The notes under the pieces: generated by a model
Seen by the model: only the letters and a program-made list of their open reading frames with translations
Told to the model about the DNA's origin: nothing
The model's database searches: none
From: Camelus dromedarius
Taxonomy: Eukaryota
Direction: 5' to 3'
Length of the DNA: 64,000 nucleotides
Assembly (NCBI RefSeq): GCF_036321535.1
Contig: NC_087447.1
Coordinates: 36,086,001 to 36,150,000, forward strand
Part shown: positions 61,505 through 64,000 of the stretch, in pieces
Layout: the number at the start of each line of letters is the position of its first letter
Numbering within the stretch: position 1 is the first letter of the stretch
Position numbers and translations under genes: made by a program

Positions 61505-64000
61505 GCTAGTGAATTTCTGAGCTTTGGAAGCAAGAACAGTTATAAACATGTGCACGCACACACATGTGAACTCTGTATAGTATTTTTATACTTTTGACAG
61601 AAATTGTAAAGTAAGTGTACTTGCTGCATTTCAACACATCTGTTGGACCAACAGTCACTTAACTAACTTTTATAAATTTGTTGTCGCCATTGTCGTTTTA
61701 AAGTCACATAGAATGCTATAATCCTAAACCTAATATAAAAGTCCTGAAAAAGACTTTGAGTTGGTGAAGGATTTACTCCTTTCTTGAGTAATTCAGAGGA
61801 ATAGCTTTAGTGTGGTCTGATAGTACTGTGTCAGTTCAACCATCTACTTTGCATTATTTCTTACAGACACAGCATGTTTGTTTTTCTGTTTTGCACATTT
61901 TACAGCCTTTACCACTGTGTATGTTCACAAACACCAAAGGAGAGGAAAGGTGCAGGATGTTACCATAAAAAAATGCAGCTGCTAATTCACAGGGCCGAGA
62001 GGCAAAGCACAAATCATAGATAGTTATGTTAAGAACTACTAAGTAGTTTATTAGGGGGAAATAACATTGCTTTTTATTAAACATGTCTTTAAAGCCTTTT
62101 CCAGAATAAGTGCCAGTCACTGAAGTTGTAAATAATGGTGCCTTAACTTCATATGCTTCTTTGGCACTTCATTCTGATTTTTTTTTTGTAACTTGATAAA
62201 TAATTGTAAGTAGTTTTCACTCACTTTTTACTAAACAGAAGAAATCATATACACTTACTAATGTTTTTCCCACAGAAAGATCTTTTTCTCTACTTCTGAT
62301 ATGTGACTTAGTTATTTAAGTATCAGCCATTTGATTTATGTTTTTGTTGTCCAGTAACTGAATGAGGTTCACTGACAAAGCTATACACTAAATTCCACCA
62401 TTCCATTATAATCCTACATTTATTCCTAGGAGTGTGAGTTGAAGTTTGATAATTTTACCTTCATACATCTAGACTCCACTCTCTTATTAAACAAGGGAAG
62501 ATGTTCACCTATGTGCCCATTCCTGTTAGGTAGAAGAACTCCATGAGTAGAGCAGCCTCTTCACAAGAGACCCAGGACAAGAATTCTAGGGTCCAGATCG
62601 AATTTTAATGTAGAACTTTATGACAAAATTTGTCTTGTAAGCTGTCTTACTTACATTTGTAAACACTGTGCATTCACATGAATTACCTTCCTTAATATAA
62701 TGGGATTCAGAAGCACAAGGGACATGATTGAAATTATTCTACAGTAACCAGTAAGATTCATTTTTATTAGTTATTCATTCAACTTTACCCATAATTTTGT
62801 GTTTAGTTTGGATAAATAGGTTTGTATATTCTCATGTCTAGAATAGAAAATCAGACATTTTTTAAATGGTAAGAGATTGTAGCAGTCTGGTTGCTGTGAG
62901 ATAACTGACAAAATATGCAATGAAAAATATCAAGAAAGAAAGGACAATCTCCGATTCAGTTGCCCAGAACAGAATTTTATGAACTATGTAAATGTTTGAT
63001 ATAAATGGTGATATACCTGCAGAACAGATATAGAAGAGTTGACGATGTATCAGTGGGACAGGTTATAAAAAAAACTTGAAATTTTCGGTGCCTAACACTA
63101 ACGGTCCATTTGTAGGAAACCCCATGAGGATGATTTATGAATGTCTTTTTTTTAATTTTATGTTAAGATGTATTGTCTATTTAATAAGTTAATTAAAATG
63201 CAGATCAAAGCCGTTTATTTGCTTTTTCCATATACGGTTAACATTTCCTTAAAGTGTATAAGTAGCTTTGCAAATGTAAAGAAGTACTAGATATTTTCAC
63301 TTAAGTTTTTGAGACCTAATTCCATTCCATGAGTTGTCACTTAGCCACTGTTTAAAAACAAACAAAAAAAAGTACTGTCTTAGTAAAAGGTCATTGTTAA
63401 TTGGACTCAATGTATACTGCCTATTTGCAGTCTGTTACAGCAGTGTCTTTTACACAAATAACAGAGCTAGAAATACAATACCACTTTTCAATGACAAGAA
63501 ATATGGATTCTTATCTAAAAGTGTATATTATGATTAATATTGTACAGTTTAACCAGAGTTCAGAAGAAGTGGTAATGTTTTCTCTTAATTTAATTCATTA
63601 TGTGCCTTCTTTGGTTATTAATAAACACACAAACATGCTTCACATATATTTTAAATGTAAGTTATTTCTTTATGAAATGCTAATCTTAGCCCTTACTGCT
63701 CCCCCCTCCCAGAAAATTGACAGAGGCACCTCTTTGCACTACTTACTATCAATAAATTTTAAATCAGTTTTTTTAAAACATTTTTTTAAAGCTTGCAGTA
63801 AAGTAAATCTGAAACAAAAGTTTAAACAAACTGGCGAAGACACTAATTTTTATGTGTAATCACAATGTTTATACCTATCTTTACTGAGTAAAAATAATTA
63901 TGCTACAGGTAGGTCCTACACCAGAAGAATTCTTTCCTCTTGCAGTGTTTGGGATTTGAAAATAATGGTTTACTCAAAGAACCTATTATTTCTCTACTGA
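61505..64000 (+). other. PIK3C2A: PIK3C2A 3' UTR (3' end undetermined, may extend past the window)
   Basis: Follows the stop codon, AU-rich, no transposon I can recognise. AATAAA at 63620-63625 and 63751-63756; ATTAAA at 62076, 62486 and 63192. Confidence 0.75.

Noticed and set aside
63401..63859. 152-aa ORF in the 3' UTR
   Set aside because: AT-rich composition, no canonical ATG at the listed start, and no recognisable homology.

Overview
AT-rich, CpG-poor mammalian genomic DNA containing the 3' three-quarters of one spliced gene on the + strand: PIK3C2A (class II phosphoinositide 3-kinase C2-alpha). I traced 31 coding exons by hand from 11869 to the TAA at 61502-61504. They splice into one stop-free frame of 3996 nt (1331 aa + stop) covering the Ras-binding, helical-bundle, N-C2, helical, kinase (VMFK/DLRQD, DRHNDN, DFG), PX and C-terminal C2 domains. 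The large N-terminal coding exon lies upstream of the window, and about 2.5 kb of 3' UTR follows the stop. Introns hold L1, L2, MIR, CR1, MLT, MER DNA-transposon relics and seven copies of a tRNA-derived SINE that I recognise as camelid (Vic-1-like), so the organism is probably a camel, alpaca or llama (inference). Most ORFs in the supplied track are L1 debris, exon read-through or chance. I found no previously undescribed biological system. The best second-look items are small: a GC-AG intron, a rare GAG acceptor right after the catalytic Lys, a tailless tRNA-Gly 5'-half retrocopy with TSD, a Tigger/pogo transposase fossil, an unidentified young retroposed insert, a poly(A)-only insertion and a Pumilio/miR-124 site pair. 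Repeat family names and human comparisons are from memory, not from a database search.
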